Positions 20,238 through 31,083 of a DNA stretch of 64,000 nt are shown here, one piece after another. The stretch is from NCBI GenBank assembly GCA_965205015.1, contig OZ242029.1, positions 3,392,001 to 3,456,000 of the forward strand, in the 5' to 3' direction. The stretch's first letter is position 1. Every line of letters starts with the position of its first letter. Below the pieces are notes generated by a model. That model made no database searches. It was not told the origin of the DNA and saw nothing but the letters and a program-made list of their open reading frames with translations. A program made the translations under genes and the position numbers. The DNA is from Candidatus Poribacteria bacterium (lineage in GTDB: Bacteria; Poribacteria; WGA-4E; WGA-3G).

Positions 20238-20354
20238 AGAAGTTCTCTCCTTTTTTAATGGCTGTCGGCTATCGGGTCGGTTTTTTCTTCCGAAAAAACC
20301 TTTCAGCAATCGGTAAAGAGGTTTTCGTTTAAGGAGCCCTGTTGCCGACTGCTA

Positions 20355-20954
20355 TTATGGCTGTGTGGCACGTTGGGAGACGACTTGATCAACGAGGCCG
20401 TATTCAAGCGCCTGTTCCGCAGTCAGGTAATAGTCCCGGTCGGCATCAGTCGCGATCTTCTCAACATCTTGGCCCGTATGCGCTGCTAAAATAGAGTAAA
20501 GTCGGTCCCTTTCCTGCAGAATCTCTTTTGCATGGATGCTAATATCAGAGGCTTGACCGCCAATGCCACTCGCCATCGGTTGGTGAATGAGTGCTTTGGC
20601 ATGTGGTAGCGCGTAGCGCTTTCCAGGGGCTCCAGCGGCGAGAAGGATAGCGCCCATACTATAAGCTCTCCCTAAACACCAGGTCTGCACATCCGCTTTG
20701 ATGTATTGCATCGTGTCGTATATTGCCAAACCGGCGGAAACGGAACCACCGGGTGTGTTAATATAGAGCACTATATCTGCATCCGGGTCCTTCCCCTCAA
20801 GGAAAAGCATCTGTGCCGTTACAATATTGGCGATGATATCATCATCGATCGGTGTGCCGATCATGATAATTCGATCTTCAAGTAGACGAGAATAGATATC
20901 GTATGAGCGTTCGCCTCGGCTGGTTTGTTCAACGACGATAGGTACAAGGTTCAT
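20355..20954 (-). CDS. clpP: Clp protease proteolytic subunit
   Basis: [22 protein letters not shown] (Ser), IHQP, DRDYY. Confidence 0.97.
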   Translation of the reverse strand: MNLVPIVVEQTSRGERSYDIYSRLLEDRIIMIGTPIDDDIIANIVTAQMLFLEGKDPDADIVLYINTPGGSVSAGLAIYDTMQYIKADVQTWCLGRAYSMGAILLAAGAPGKRYALPHAKALIHQPMASGIGGQASDISIHAKEILQERDRLYSILAAHTGQDVEKIATDADRDYYLTAEQALEYGLVDQVVSQRATQP

Positions 20955-21075
20955 AGTTTTTTAGTTATCAGTTATCGGTTAACAGTTATCAGTTAACTGC
21001 TGGTGGCAGTTACGGTTTCCATATCCATCAATCACTTTAACTGACAACTAACGCCTGACGACCGACAACCATTCT

Positions 21076-22380
21076 TCAGGTAATTATGAGCGACTGCTTG
21101 GCGGATGCCCGGTTAATCAGGAACTGATAAATTTTCTCGTGTTGTAATTGTCCTCGAAAATCCTCTAATCGGTTGCTTGACTTTAGCAGAGAAGCATATT
21201 TTTGTGCGTCTCGATTTTGTTGTTCTGCAGCGCGTCGAATCTCGGATTCTAATTCGTCATCGGATACAGAAATGCCTTCCTTCTCAGCAATTGTCTCGAA
21301 AATCCATGACTGTTTTGTTTGTTGAATAACGTCTCGACGTAACTCGTCGGGCAGGGTATCCATGTTAATCCCAGCATCTTCAGGACTTCTCTGCTCATTT
21401 GCCAGTTGTTGTTTGACGTTCTGAAGCGTTTGTTGTACATATTGATCGACTAACGGTTCTGGGATGGTAATCTCGATTTTTTCGATGAGTTGCTCCAGCA
21501 ATTCTACCTTCTGCTTATCAACATGTAGACTTGTTTCTTCCTCAACAAGATTATTCCATATCAACCCATAAAGGTGGGTGTAGCTTTCATAGCCAAGGTC
21601 TTTGGCAAACTCGTCATCTAAGGGTGGAAGTTGTTTTTGCGTAATAGCGTGCAGCGTTATTTCGTATTGCGCGGATTTGCCTGCGAGTTCAACGACGCTA
21701 TGATCTGGTGGAAATTCGATATCCACGTTATTTGTATTCCCGATCTCCATTCCGATTAACGCCTGCTCAAGTTTTTCGTGTATAGCCCCAACGCCGAGTT
21801 CTATATCGACATCTTGCCGCGATTCAGCATCAATTCGATTTTCGTCGAGTAAGCATTCCCAATCTATCCGAACACAGTCATTTTCTTGGACTGGACGTTC
21901 AACGTCAAGCGGTTCATAAGTTGCAGATTGTGCTTGCAATCGCGTGATATAGGCATCAACATCTTCCCGGGGCACGTTAACAGGATTTTTATCGGTTACG
22001 AGTTCATCATAACTCGGGAGGCTGATAGTGGGTCGGATATCTACAGTGGCTGAGAACGTGAAAGGTTCATTTTCTTTGATTTGTAGTTCATTAAGTGGCG
22101 GTGTGAAGGTGGGTTGCGTCAGAGGATTGAGTCGCTCGTTATAGATTGCATCTTCGTAGGCGGGAGCGACAAGATACCGAACGGCTTCACTGTTGACGTA
22201 CTCAGGAAATCGTGATTTGAGGATTGCTATCGGGACACGCCCTCTCCGGAACCCCGGAATAGAGACTTGGGTCCGTAACGACTCACAAGTTTCCGCCAAT
22301 GCTGTGTTGACATCTTCAGCAGGAATTTCTATGTCCAAACGGACTCTCGTGGGGTCTAACCTTTCAATTTGAACTTTCAA
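21076..22380 (-). CDS. tig: Trigger factor (TTG start)
   Basis: IPGFRRGRVP ribosome-binding motif, FP.D....LAGK, LPPLDDEFAK; lies directly upstream of clpP. Confidence 0.93.
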   Translation of the reverse strand: MKVQIERLDPTRVRLDIEIPAEDVNTALAETCESLRTQVSIPGFRRGRVPIAILKSRFPEYVNSEAVRYLVAPAYEDAIYNERLNPLTQPTFTPPLNELQIKENEPFTFSATVDIRPTISLPSYDELVTDKNPVNVPREDVDAYITRLQAQSATYEPLDVERPVQENDCVRIDWECLLDENRIDAESRQDVDIELGVGAIHEKLEQALIGMEIGNTNNVDIEFPPDHSVVELAGKSAQYEITLHAITQKQLPPLDDEFAKDLGYESYTHLYGLIWNNLVEEETSLHVDKQKVELLEQLIEKIEITIPEPLVDQYVQQTLQNVKQQLANEQRSPEDAGINMDTLPDELRRDVIQQTKQSWIFETIAEKEGISVSDDELESEIRRAAEQQNRDAQKYASLLKSSNRLEDFRGQLQHEKIYQFLINRASAKQSLIIT

Positions 22381-22479
22381 TTTTTTAATTGTTCCTTGCG
22401 GTTCGATTGGAGGCAAAACGGAATTTGACGTTCTTTTTGATAGTGCTGAAGAAACACCCAAGCAAAACTTTTACGATGA

Positions 22480-22564
22480 TGGGCGAGGAGGGACTTGAAC
22501 CCTCACGAGGCGTAACCCCAATAGATCCTAAGTCTATCCTGTCTACCAATTCCAGCACCCGCCC
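22480..22564 (-). tRNA. tRNA-Leu(TAG)
   Basis: GGGCGGGTGCTGGAATTGGTAGACA..CT-TAG-GA, long variable arm, GGTTCAAGTCC. Confidence 0.95.
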
Positions 22565-22588
22565 GAACGTGCTTTAAGGCACTCAAGA

Positions 22589-22661
22589 TGCGCCGTGAAG
22601 GAATCGAACCTTCAACCGCCTGATTAAGAGTCAGATGCTCTGCCAATTGAGCTAACGGCGC
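22589..22661 (-). tRNA. tRNA-Lys(CTT)
   Basis: GCGCCGTTAGCTCAATTGG..CTGACT-CTT-AATCAG..GGTTCGATTCC. Confidence 0.95.
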
Positions 22662-22769
22662 GCCTGTTCCCACTGCGAAGCATTTCTTTCTGACCGTAGA
22701 CGCTCTAAGGACCACTCGCTAATTGTTAGGTGCACTTTCAAAGCGCACACCCGGCACCCAAAAAATATC

Positions 22770-22842
22770 CGCGTCCGGAGGGATTCGAACCCCCAACTTA
22801 TAGTTCCGAAGACTATTGCTCTATCCATTGAACTACGGACGC
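22770..22842 (-). tRNA. tRNA-Arg(TCG)
   Basis: GCGTCCGTAGTTCAATGGATAGAGC..CT-TCG-GA..GGTTCGAATCC. Confidence 0.95.
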
Positions 22843-22850
22843 ATATTAAA

Positions 22851-22923
22851 GGTGGATGATGGGATTTGAACCCACGCCCACTTGATCCACAGTCAAGTGC
22901 TCTACCCCTGAGCTACATCCACC
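22851..22923 (-). tRNA. tRNA-His(GTG)
   Basis: G-1 is encoded; GGTGGATGTAGCTCAG..CT-GTG-GA..GGTTCAAATCC. Confidence 0.95.
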
Positions 22924-22956
22924 ATGCTTCGATTTTTCATCGAGCTGTCTGAAAAG

Positions 22957-23030
<74 letters not shown>

Positions 23031-23058
23031 TCGTGCTATGAATTTTGATCGTTTCTGA

Positions 23059-23134
<76 letters not shown>

Positions 23135-23239
23135 AGATTCCTTATAATACAAACTTGCCAACAACAAAAATGCTGTTAGCAACTACGAGGGCAATATATG
23201 CTTAAAATCACGCCGATATTTCTTATCGGTATTGTTTAA

Positions 23240-23268
23240 ATTATACAACATCCTCTCGCGTTTGTCAA
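23240..23268 (-). promoter_or_regulatory. Consensus sigma70 promoter of the tRNA/tig operon
   Basis: TTGACA-17 nt-TATAAT on the minus strand. Confidence 0.85.
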
Positions 23269-23557
23269 ATTATAATGAAAAATTCTTGTCTTTTTGCCAA
23301 CCCATTTTGCCTTGATAGACACCTCTCGCTGAAGCACGGAGTTTTATCAGGTAAATTTAGAGAGGCGTGTAGCATTTCGCTTTACCAATCCGAAAATGAA
23401 TCCAATTTCCAGAAGTTGAATCATTATGTAACCGAAAATAACCGATTAAAAATCTTTTTACATGAAACTTGTATAAACCTATTTACGATAATTATGTCAA
23501 ACATTCTCAATAAACACTTTTATGACAACAAACACCCAAGAAAGTTCAGGAGGAACC

Positions 23558-24859
23558 ATGCGCTTAATTGAAGGGATATCCATTGGAATCTCCGCAATTC
23601 GTTCAAATAAAATGCGCTCGCTGCTGACGATGCTTGGTATTATCATCGGTATCGCGGCCGTGCTGGCAATGATCGCTATCGGGGATGGGGCTAAGCAAAT
23701 TGTGATAGAAGATGCAAAAAAAATGGGAGGGGCAACCCGAATCACACTCTACCAGACCTCCTACAAACGAGAAAATAACAGATGGGTGCGTATTCGTAGC
23801 AACGAATACATGGAATATGAAGATGTATTGGCGATTGAGGCAGAATGCCCATCTGTGAGTGCTGTCACACCGAGAATTGCGGATTGGAGGGGGGTTCTGT
23901 TTCAGGGTCCGGGCGGCACGGAAGCCCGCGCTGGTTATAACGGCGTAAATGCTACCTATACAACCGCAATGGATTGGGATATTAAGGCGGGACGCTTCAT
24001 TACAGACGAAGATGTCCAAAACGCAACAAAAATCTGTGTGCTCGGAGACGAATTAGCAACCGAGTTATTCGGCAATGCATCCCCTTTAGGACAAGAAATC
24101 AAAATTGCCAGAGATGTCCGATATTACGATCCGTGGGGCAGAAGACGGCGAGACAGATTGACCGAACGTTTCACGGTTGTGGGTACACTCATGCCGAGAG
24201 GTACGAGTTTCCAGTTTGGGTGGACTTACGATAACATCGCCTTTATCCCTGTGTCAACCGTCCAAGAACGTTTCACCGGCGACGACCAGGTTCGGAATAT
24301 TATGGTCTTCGCGAATAACGTTGACGATGTTCCCAAAGCGATCGAAGAGGTGAAGACAGTCATCAGAAAACGGCACAGAAACCAAGATGAATTCGTCAGA
24401 ATCTTTGAAATGCGTGCGGGTATGGCACAATTACAGAAAATCAGTAAGATGATCAAGATCGCATTGGGGAGTATCGCAGGCTTCTCACTGCTCGTCGGCG
24501 GTATCGGCATTATGAATATGATGTTAGTCGCTGTCACGGAGCGAACCCGTGAAATTGGGCTTCGAAAGGCACTCGGTGCCAAATCCTTAGATATCTTGGC
24601 TCAATTTCTCATAGAGGCAGTGATCATGTGTGCTGTCGCTGGGGCAATCGGTATCGGTTTGGGTATCTTTGCTGGTGAAGGTATGGCAATGCTTGCTGTT
24701 AAAATCGCCAAAATTGTTCCCGAATGGCCCTCGGTTGTTTCTATGCAGTGGGTCATGATTTCTGTATCATTCTCCGCGGCAATTGGTATATTTTTTGGCA
24801 TGTATCCTGCAATCAAAGCTTCCAGCCTTCCACCGGTTGAAGCATTACGCAAAGAATAA
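23558..24859 (+). CDS. MacB/FtsX-like ABC permease (no ATPase domain)
   Basis: NKMRSLLTMLGIIIG, GGIGIMNMML..VTERTREIGLRKALGA, FFGMYPA; AGGAGG RBS. Confidence 0.92.
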   Translation: MRLIEGISIGISAIRSNKMRSLLTMLGIIIGIAAVLAMIAIGDGAKQIVIEDAKKMGGATRITLYQTSYKRENNRWVRIRSNEYMEYEDVLAIEAECPSVSAVTPRIADWRGVLFQGPGGTEARAGYNGVNATYTTAMDWDIKAGRFITDEDVQNATKICVLGDELATELFGNASPLGQEIKIARDVRYYDPWGRRRRDRLTERFTVVGTLMPRGTSFQFGWTYDNIAFIPVSTVQERFTGDDQVRNIMVFANNVDDVPKAIEEVKTVIRKRHRNQDEFVRIFEMRAGMAQLQKISKMIKIALGSIAGFSLLVGGIGIMNMMLVAVTERTREIGLRKALGAKSLDILAQFLIEAVIMCAVAGAIGIGLGIFAGEGMAMLAVKIAKIVPEWPSVVSMQWVMISVSFSAAIGIFFGMYPAIKASSLPPVEALRKE

Positions 24860-24862
24860 AGT

Positions 24863-25115
24863 AATATGCGGGCAGGCACAAGACCTGCCTCTACAATAAT
24901 ATGCGGGCAGGCACAAGACCTGCCCCTACAATAATATGCGGGCAGGCACAAGACCTGCCCCTACAATATGCGGGCAGGCACAAGACCTAGGGAAACACCC
25001 AAGCAAAAACCCCCTACAATGTCTTTTTGCTTTGATGAAGATTAATTTTTTAATTCGGTAATATGCGGGCAGGCACAAGACCTGGGGAAACACCCAAGCA
25101 AAAATCCCCTACAAT
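24863..25115 (-). repeat. Tandem GTAG-family REP array (5 copies of GTAGGGGCAGGTCTTGTGCCTGCCCGC); two copies are interrupted by a GGGAAACACCCAAGCAAAA module
   Basis: aatatgcgggcaggcacaagacctgcccctac repeats with a 32-35 nt period in the first four copies and no unique spacers. Confidence 0.85.
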
Positions 25116-25375
25116 GTCTTTTTTGGGATAGGATTACCGAAATATTTATTTAAACTTCATGGAAGTGCGCCTTTCCTCATTAAAATTTTCAATCCCTATT
25201 TCCCAACCAACAAACAATAAACCTATTTGACTTAATTGCGTCTAAATTCTATAGGTGCTATAATTTGGCAATCACTTGGATAAAAAAGAAATTGCTACGA
25301 AAAAATCGAACTTTATTCCCCCTTTTTTGTCTAACGCATTAAGGTTAGGAATACTTTAGAATCTGGAGGCATGAA

Positions 25376-26680
25376 ATGCGTATAGTTGAAGGCGTATCGG
25401 TTGGCATTTCCGCGATTCGTAGCAATAAACTGCGTTCTTTGTTGACGATGCTTGGGATTATTATCGGTGTTGCCTCGGTGCTGGCGATGATAGCCATCGG
25501 TGATGGTGCAAAGGCGATTGTCCTGCAAGACGCCCAGAAACTCGGGGGTGTGAACCAATTTACGATGTACCGAAGTAGCCATAAACGAGTGCGTGGGCGG
25601 TGGATGCCAAATCGTAGTAATGAATATTTTGAGTATGAAGACGTATTGGCGATTGAGGCGGAATGTCCATCTGTAAAGTTAGTCGTTCCAAGAATTCCAG
25701 AATGGCGGGGTGTGCTTGTCCAAGCCGCCGGTGGCGCAGAACACCGGACGGGTTATAACGGTGTAAATGCATCCTTTTCGGAAGCAATGGATTGGGACAT
25801 CCAGCAGGGGCGTTTTATTACAAACGAAGATATTGATAATGAAGCGAAGGTCTGTGTGCTTGGTGCTGAAGTGACGGCAGCCTTATTCGGGAATACATCT
25901 CCTTTAGGAAAAGAGATTAAGATCGGCAAAGGTCCCGGGGGTCGTTTTGATCGGTATGGCAGAAAAGACCAGAAACGGATCACTGAACGTTTCACTGTCG
26001 TCGGCACAATGGAAACCAGAGGACGCAGCTTGCGGTTTGGCTGGAACTTGGATGACATGATATTCATCCCGCTCACGACAACGCAGGAACGCTTCACTGG
26101 CAACGATAGGATTGTGATGCTCTCAGTTCATGCGAATACTGTTGAAGAGGTCCCGCAAGCAATTGAAGAGGTGAAAACTGTTCTCCGAAAGATGCATAGC
26201 GGTCAAGACGATTTCTTCTCAATCTGGGATATGCGGGAAGGTATGGCGCAGTTGGATAAAATCAGCAAAGTCATAAAAATCGCATTGGGGAGTATTGCAG
26301 GATTTTCGCTACTTGTGGGTGGTATTGGGATTATGAATATGATGCTGGTCGCCGTCACCGAACGCACTCGCGAGATCGGTTTACGAAAAGCGATCGGTGC
26401 GAAACGTATGGACATTATGTTACAGTTTTTAATAGAAGCGGTTGCAATGTGTAGTGTAGGCGGTGCGTTGGGTGTTCTATTGGGAATTTTTGCTGGCGAA
26501 GGGATGGCGATGCTCGCTGTCAACATTGTCAAAATCGTTCCCGAATGGCCCTCGGTTATCTCTATGGAGTGGATATTAATTTCAGTCTCCTTTTCAGCGG
26601 TAATCGGTATCTCTTTTGGGCTCTATCCAGCAATAAAAGCCTCTGCACTCTCACCGATTGATGCACTCAGGGCTGATTAG
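25376..26680 (+). CDS. MacB/FtsX-like ABC permease (paralog of 23558..24859)
   Basis: Same motifs and long shared peptides, e.g. YEDVLAIEAECPSV. Confidence 0.92.
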   Translation: MRIVEGVSVGISAIRSNKLRSLLTMLGIIIGVASVLAMIAIGDGAKAIVLQDAQKLGGVNQFTMYRSSHKRVRGRWMPNRSNEYFEYEDVLAIEAECPSVKLVVPRIPEWRGVLVQAAGGAEHRTGYNGVNASFSEAMDWDIQQGRFITNEDIDNEAKVCVLGAEVTAALFGNTSPLGKEIKIGKGPGGRFDRYGRKDQKRITERFTVVGTMETRGRSLRFGWNLDDMIFIPLTTTQERFTGNDRIVMLSVHANTVEEVPQAIEEVKTVLRKMHSGQDDFFSIWDMREGMAQLDKISKVIKIALGSIAGFSLLVGGIGIMNMMLVAVTERTREIGLRKAIGAKRMDIMLQFLIEAVAMCSVGGALGVLLGIFAGEGMAMLAVNIVKIVPEWPSVISMEWILISVSFSAVIGISFGLYPAIKASALSPIDALRAD

Positions 26681-26692
26681 GAGGCAATCCAC

Positions 26693-28009
26693 ATGAATTT
26701 GATGGAATGTATTATACTCGGTATCTCGAACTTGCGGCGGAACCCCCTTCGATCCGCACTGACGATTTTAGGGATTATCGTTGGTGTAGGTTCCGTTGTC
26801 AGCATGGTATCTGTCGGCGACGGGTCGAGTGCCATGGTTTTGCGAGAAATTGAACGGACTGGTGGCACGAAAATGATCGAGATCTATAAAGATGCCTGGG
26901 ACAAACAGTCGGGGACCTTGAGCCGTGCGGCTGGATCGGCTGTGCGTGGGAAAAGCCGCTGGCAAAGGAATCGTGCCGAAGATTTGGAAACCGAAGACGC
27001 GTTTGCAATCCTTGAGAGAGCCAGAGGAATTGTCAATGTCGTTGCCGAAGATGACATGCCCGGGTGGAGTGTGAGTTACAAGGGGCGGACGAAGGAATCG
27101 CGTATCGTTGCTTCAACCGCTGGATATGATCGGTCGCACAATTGGTACCCATCAGACGGTCGGTTTTTTACAGTCGAAGAAGTGGAAGCTGCCAGTAGTG
27201 TTGCAGTTATCGGTTCCAAAATCAAGGAAGAGGTTTTTCTTGACGAAGATCCCGTCGGCAAAGAGATTAAAGCCTCGCGTCCGTCTTACTGGCGGGGCAA
27301 AAGAGGGCTTTATGAGGTCCGTCTAAAGGTGATTGGTGTTATGGAAGAAAAAGGCGATGCGATGGACACCTCCGGCTGGGATGACCGATTCGTTATCCCG
27401 ATAACAACGCTACAACAACGCTTTAAGGGCAGAGACGACGTTGAACGCCTTCGCGTAGAAGCAGTAGACGTGGAGACGATTCCACTGGCTATAGCCGATG
27501 CCAAACGGATCTTAGGAAGACAACACAATAACACGGGTGAAGAATATAACTATTGGACGGCTACGGAGGAGTTGGCAACTGCCAGGAAAGTCGGGTTAGT
27601 CATGAAAGCGCTGATGGGCGGTATCGCTGGCATCGCGCTTATGGTGGCGGGGATCGGCGTAATGAACATCATGCTTGTCTCTGTAACCGACCGAACGAAG
27701 GAAATCGGACTCCGAAAGGCGCTCGGCGCAACCCGTAACGATATTCTGGCGCAATTTCTGGTTGAGGCAGCTGTGCTGACCCTCTCCGGCGGAATTATCG
27801 GCGCAATTGCGGGCGTGTTCATGGGACAAGGAACAGCCGCTCTTATTTCCAGGTTCGTTTGGGAAGGAAGCAATTGGCCCTCAGTGATTTCATTCGGAAC
27901 GATGGTGATCGCATTACTCGTTTCTGTAGCTATTGGTGTTTTCTTCGGGTTGTATCCTGCCAATAAGGCAGCCAAACTTACACCCGTTGAAGCCCTCCGT
28001 TCCGATTAG
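26693..28009 (+). CDS. MacB/FtsX-like ABC permease
   Basis: NPLRSALTILGIIVG, GIGVMNIMLVSVTDRTKEIGLRKALGA. Confidence 0.92.
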   Translation: MNLMECIILGISNLRRNPLRSALTILGIIVGVGSVVSMVSVGDGSSAMVLREIERTGGTKMIEIYKDAWDKQSGTLSRAAGSAVRGKSRWQRNRAEDLETEDAFAILERARGIVNVVAEDDMPGWSVSYKGRTKESRIVASTAGYDRSHNWYPSDGRFFTVEEVEAASSVAVIGSKIKEEVFLDEDPVGKEIKASRPSYWRGKRGLYEVRLKVIGVMEEKGDAMDTSGWDDRFVIPITTLQQRFKGRDDVERLRVEAVDVETIPLAIADAKRILGRQHNNTGEEYNYWTATEELATARKVGLVMKALMGGIAGIALMVAGIGVMNIMLVSVTDRTKEIGLRKALGATRNDILAQFLVEAAVLTLSGGIIGAIAGVFMGQGTAALISRFVWEGSNWPSVISFGTMVIALLVSVAIGVFFGLYPANKAAKLTPVEALRSD

Positions 28010-28145
28010 GTTATTTCATTAGTTATCAGTTATCAGTTATCAGTTATCGGTTGTCAGTCTACAAGAGGTCTTCGGATTACCAAAACCCTCTTTTAACTGA
28101 TAACTGACGGCTGACGGCTGACGACTCCTATAGGAGGAATTACCC

Positions 28146-30029
28146 TTGAAGAAAGTAATTATTGCTGCCGCCGTTGTTTTGGTCCTCGTCGTTGCCATCG
28201 GTTGGGTCGTCCTGGGCCGCGGGAGAAACGGGGCAGACCCATCTCTGGATAAAAAAATTGAAGTCGTTGAACGTGGCGATTTCCAAATGCGCATCAGTGC
28301 AACCGGCAACTTGGAACCGCTCATCGACGTAGAAATAAAATCCAACGTTGAAGGTGAAATCATCAGACTCCACGTTCAAAACAGCGATAAGGTTGAAAAA
28401 GGTCAAATATTACTGGAACTGGATCCCGAACTCTATGAAGAGGGAAAAAAACAGGCGCAAGCAGATGTAGCAGCTGCCAAAGCACAAGTCAGACAAGCAG
28501 AACTAAACATAGAACTCAAAAACGAGCGGCTTGACAGCCAACTCACGCAGTCTGACGCGGATCTGAAAATCGCTCAAGCCAACCTTGAGACCACCAAAGC
28601 CACAACTATCACACAAGTCAGTCAGGCGGAAACAAATGTCCAGACTACTCGCAACTCGCTTGCCCAGGATAGAATTGCTCTGGATCAAGCCGAGATCGCG
28701 CTTGCCCAGGCAAAAATTACGTTATCTGAAAATGAAGCGTCGCTCAGATCCGCAAAGGTTTCCTTGGATAACGCCAAGTCAGAACTGGATCGGAACACGG
28801 AACTCTTTGACAAGGGACTGGTTTCCAAAAAGGCGTTGGAAGATGCCCAGGCGCAGCACGCCACTTCAGAAGTCCAACACGAAAATGCTCAGAAGCGTGT
28901 AGATTCACAGGAACAAGCGATCACATCGCAAGAGCGAACCATAAGCACACGCGAGACTGCGATCGTAACACGTGAGGCAATATTAGCAAATGAGGAACGG
29001 AACCTTGAAAATCTGAAAAAAATGCGGCAGAAAGCGGAGGAAGAGGCACAACTTCGTGTCGACAACTCCGAAACGCAATTACACGAACTGATATCGACTT
29101 TCGACAATGAAAAATTGTTAACGCAGCAATCCAGGGTGAGTGCTGAAGCAAACAAACTTCGTAGAGAAAGTAATCTAAAAAATGAGGAAGAACGACTGGA
29201 TTGGACTACCATCAGGGCACCGATGGCTGGGATTGTCACGCTCCTTGAATTGGAGGAGGGGGAAATTGTGACTTCTGGACGCTCTGCCTTCTCGCAAAGT
29301 CCGCCCATTATGACGATTGTTGATCCTTCCAAAATGGTCGTCAAAACCTTCATCAACGAAGTCGATATGGAACGCCTACGCCTCGGCCAGCGCGCAGAAA
29401 TCAAGGTGGATGCTTACCAAACAAAAACTTATGACGGAAAAGTCTATGAAATTTCACCGAGTGGACAGGAACAGGATAACATCATCTCATTTGAAGTGAT
29501 GGTAGAAGTCAGTGGTTCCCCGGAGGAACTCCGCCCCGGCATGAGCGCGGATGTCGACATCATTACCTATGAGGAAAAGGGGGTCCTGCTGCTACCGATT
29601 GACGCCTTGGTAAACGAGCCTTCAGCGACCGTCACTGCACAGGTTGATGATACCAAACCGTATAAAGTAAATCAACCGATTGAAGTCCAGACGATCAGTG
29701 AGAAAATTTTCAGAGGCACTGTGACAAATGTGGGTTCCAACGATGTCACCATTAGTCTTGATAGTTCGCAACGCGGGATTCGTCCTGGCTCGACAACGTT
29801 ATCGCTTTTGGTGAAAGGGAAAAAGAAGGCAGACGGGGTACGTGCCACGATTAATATGTCGAAGGGAAAATCCGTTATGATCGATGACGGTGGCAGCAAA
29901 GGCAAACGGACAGAGGTTGAAACCGGCATGCAGAACGAAACACACGTAATTATCAAGAGCGGACTCAAGGCAGGGGACCGCGTCGTTCTACAGCAACGGA
30001 AACCGCCACAAGGTGGATTCGGTAGATAG
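28146..30029 (+). CDS. MacA/HlyD-like periplasmic adaptor with a very long coiled coil
   Basis: N-terminal TM helix, lipoyl-like GEII.L.V..D.V.KGQ.L, IRAPMAGIV, INEVD, LRPGMSA. Confidence 0.9.
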   Translation: MKKVIIAAAVVLVLVVAIGWVVLGRGRNGADPSLDKKIEVVERGDFQMRISATGNLEPLIDVEIKSNVEGEIIRLHVQNSDKVEKGQILLELDPELYEEGKKQAQADVAAAKAQVRQAELNIELKNERLDSQLTQSDADLKIAQANLETTKATTITQVSQAETNVQTTRNSLAQDRIALDQAEIALAQAKITLSENEASLRSAKVSLDNAKSELDRNTELFDKGLVSKKALEDAQAQHATSEVQHENAQKRVDSQEQAITSQERTISTRETAIVTREAILANEERNLENLKKMRQKAEEEAQLRVDNSETQLHELISTFDNEKLLTQQSRVSAEANKLRRESNLKNEEERLDWTTIRAPMAGIVTLLELEEGEIVTSGRSAFSQSPPIMTIVDPSKMVVKTFINEVDMERLRLGQRAEIKVDAYQTKTYDGKVYEISPSGQEQDNIISFEVMVEVSGSPEELRPGMSADVDIITYEEKGVLLLPIDALVNEPSATVTAQVDDTKPYKVNQPIEVQTISEKIFRGTVTNVGSNDVTISLDSSQRGIRPGSTTLSLLVKGKKKADGVRATINMSKGKSVMIDDGGSKGKRTEVETGMQNETHVIIKSGLKAGDRVVLQQRKPPQGGFGR

Positions 30030-30059
30030 AGAAAACCGACCAGTGATTTATCTGATTTA

Positions 30060-30135
30060 TGCTGATAGAAGGAGAGAATGGGAGGCTGGTAGATTGGGAG
30101 TAACCATCCTTCCAACTTTCCAACCTTCCAAGCAA
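30060..30135. terminator. GGAAG/CTTCC octamer palindromic repeat between convergent genes
   Basis: gaaggagagaatgggaggctggtagattggg...ccatccttccaactttccaaccttcc. Confidence 0.5.
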
Positions 30136-30182
30136 TATAATTAGCATGGTAAATCACATAATCATATAAGTCAGAGTTCAGA

Positions 30183-30983
30183 CTATAGTTGAATTACCTG
30201 TCCATCATAGGCGAGGTAGGCATTGTCCGGGAGTTCAATGTCCATCTCTTCGCACTGCTCTGGGAAATAGCGATGATCCAGTCGGTGCATAATATGCGTA
30301 AAATAGGTTTCCCTCGGTTTTAGGGCAGCACTGATTTCCAATGCTTCACCAACTGAAAGATGTGTTGGATGTCTTGGGTTAAAACTCAACGCATCAATTA
30401 CCAACACCTCAATCCCATTCAGTAGATCTTGGGATGCCTTCGGCAATCGCTTCACATCTGGTAGATATCCGAAGTCGTTGATGCGATAGCCGTAAGTGGG
30501 AACGTTCCCGTGTTCGACTGGAATTGACAGAATATCGAAGCCATGCAACGCCAGTTGTTCCTTTTCTTCAATTACATTCGGTAGCAGATGTCCGACACCA
30601 CCCCCTTGGAAGGTCTCTTTTGTAAACATATAATCGAAGTTGCGTTGTAAGATGCGAATCGTCTGCTCAGGACCGTAGATAGGCATATCCATCTGCTGTT
30701 TTCGACACGGCATCACAATGTCGTTCGTTCCACTGACATGGTCGGCATGTGAGTGTGTGAAGATAACGGCATCTATCCGCTCAATCCGATTCCGGACAAT
30801 TTGGTCCATGAAATTGGGGCCGAGGTCGAATTGGAGGTGCTTCCCATCTTTCTCAATATGGACGGATGAACGGGTCCGGTAGTTTTTCGAGTTGACATCC
30901 CGCGCGTCTTCACAGGTTTCGCAGTCGCATTTGTACTCAGGAACGCCTGTTGAGGTGCCTGAACCCAAAATCGTAATCTTCAT
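30183..30983 (-). CDS. PhnP-like MBL-fold phosphodiesterase
   Basis: LGSGTSTGVP..C.C..C, THSHADH, THL, THI.H, AYDG. Confidence 0.9.
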   Translation of the reverse strand: MKITILGSGTSTGVPEYKCDCETCEDARDVNSKNYRTRSSVHIEKDGKHLQFDLGPNFMDQIVRNRIERIDAVIFTHSHADHVSGTNDIVMPCRKQQMDMPIYGPEQTIRILQRNFDYMFTKETFQGGGVGHLLPNVIEEKEQLALHGFDILSIPVEHGNVPTYGYRINDFGYLPDVKRLPKASQDLLNGIEVLVIDALSFNPRHPTHLSVGEALEISAALKPRETYFTHIMHRLDHRYFPEQCEEMDIELPDNAYLAYDGQVIQL

Positions 30984-31083
30984 GTTTTTCCTACTTTAAG
31001 ATGCCTCACTGTGGGAGCAGTTGCCAGTTACAAGAGGATTTTGTTAAACAAAATCCTCTTCACTGAAAACTGTTAACTATCAA

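Noticed and set aside
20238-20309. N-terminal extensions in the ORF track for clpX (and similarly tig, lon, purE, 51554, 61597)
   Set aside because: They run through repeat elements or upstream genes; downstream starts have RBS-like signals and match family N-termini.
24863-25115. Possible CRISPR array
   Set aside because: The units are adjacent with no unique spacers, have GTAG-REP structure, and there are no cas genes in the window.
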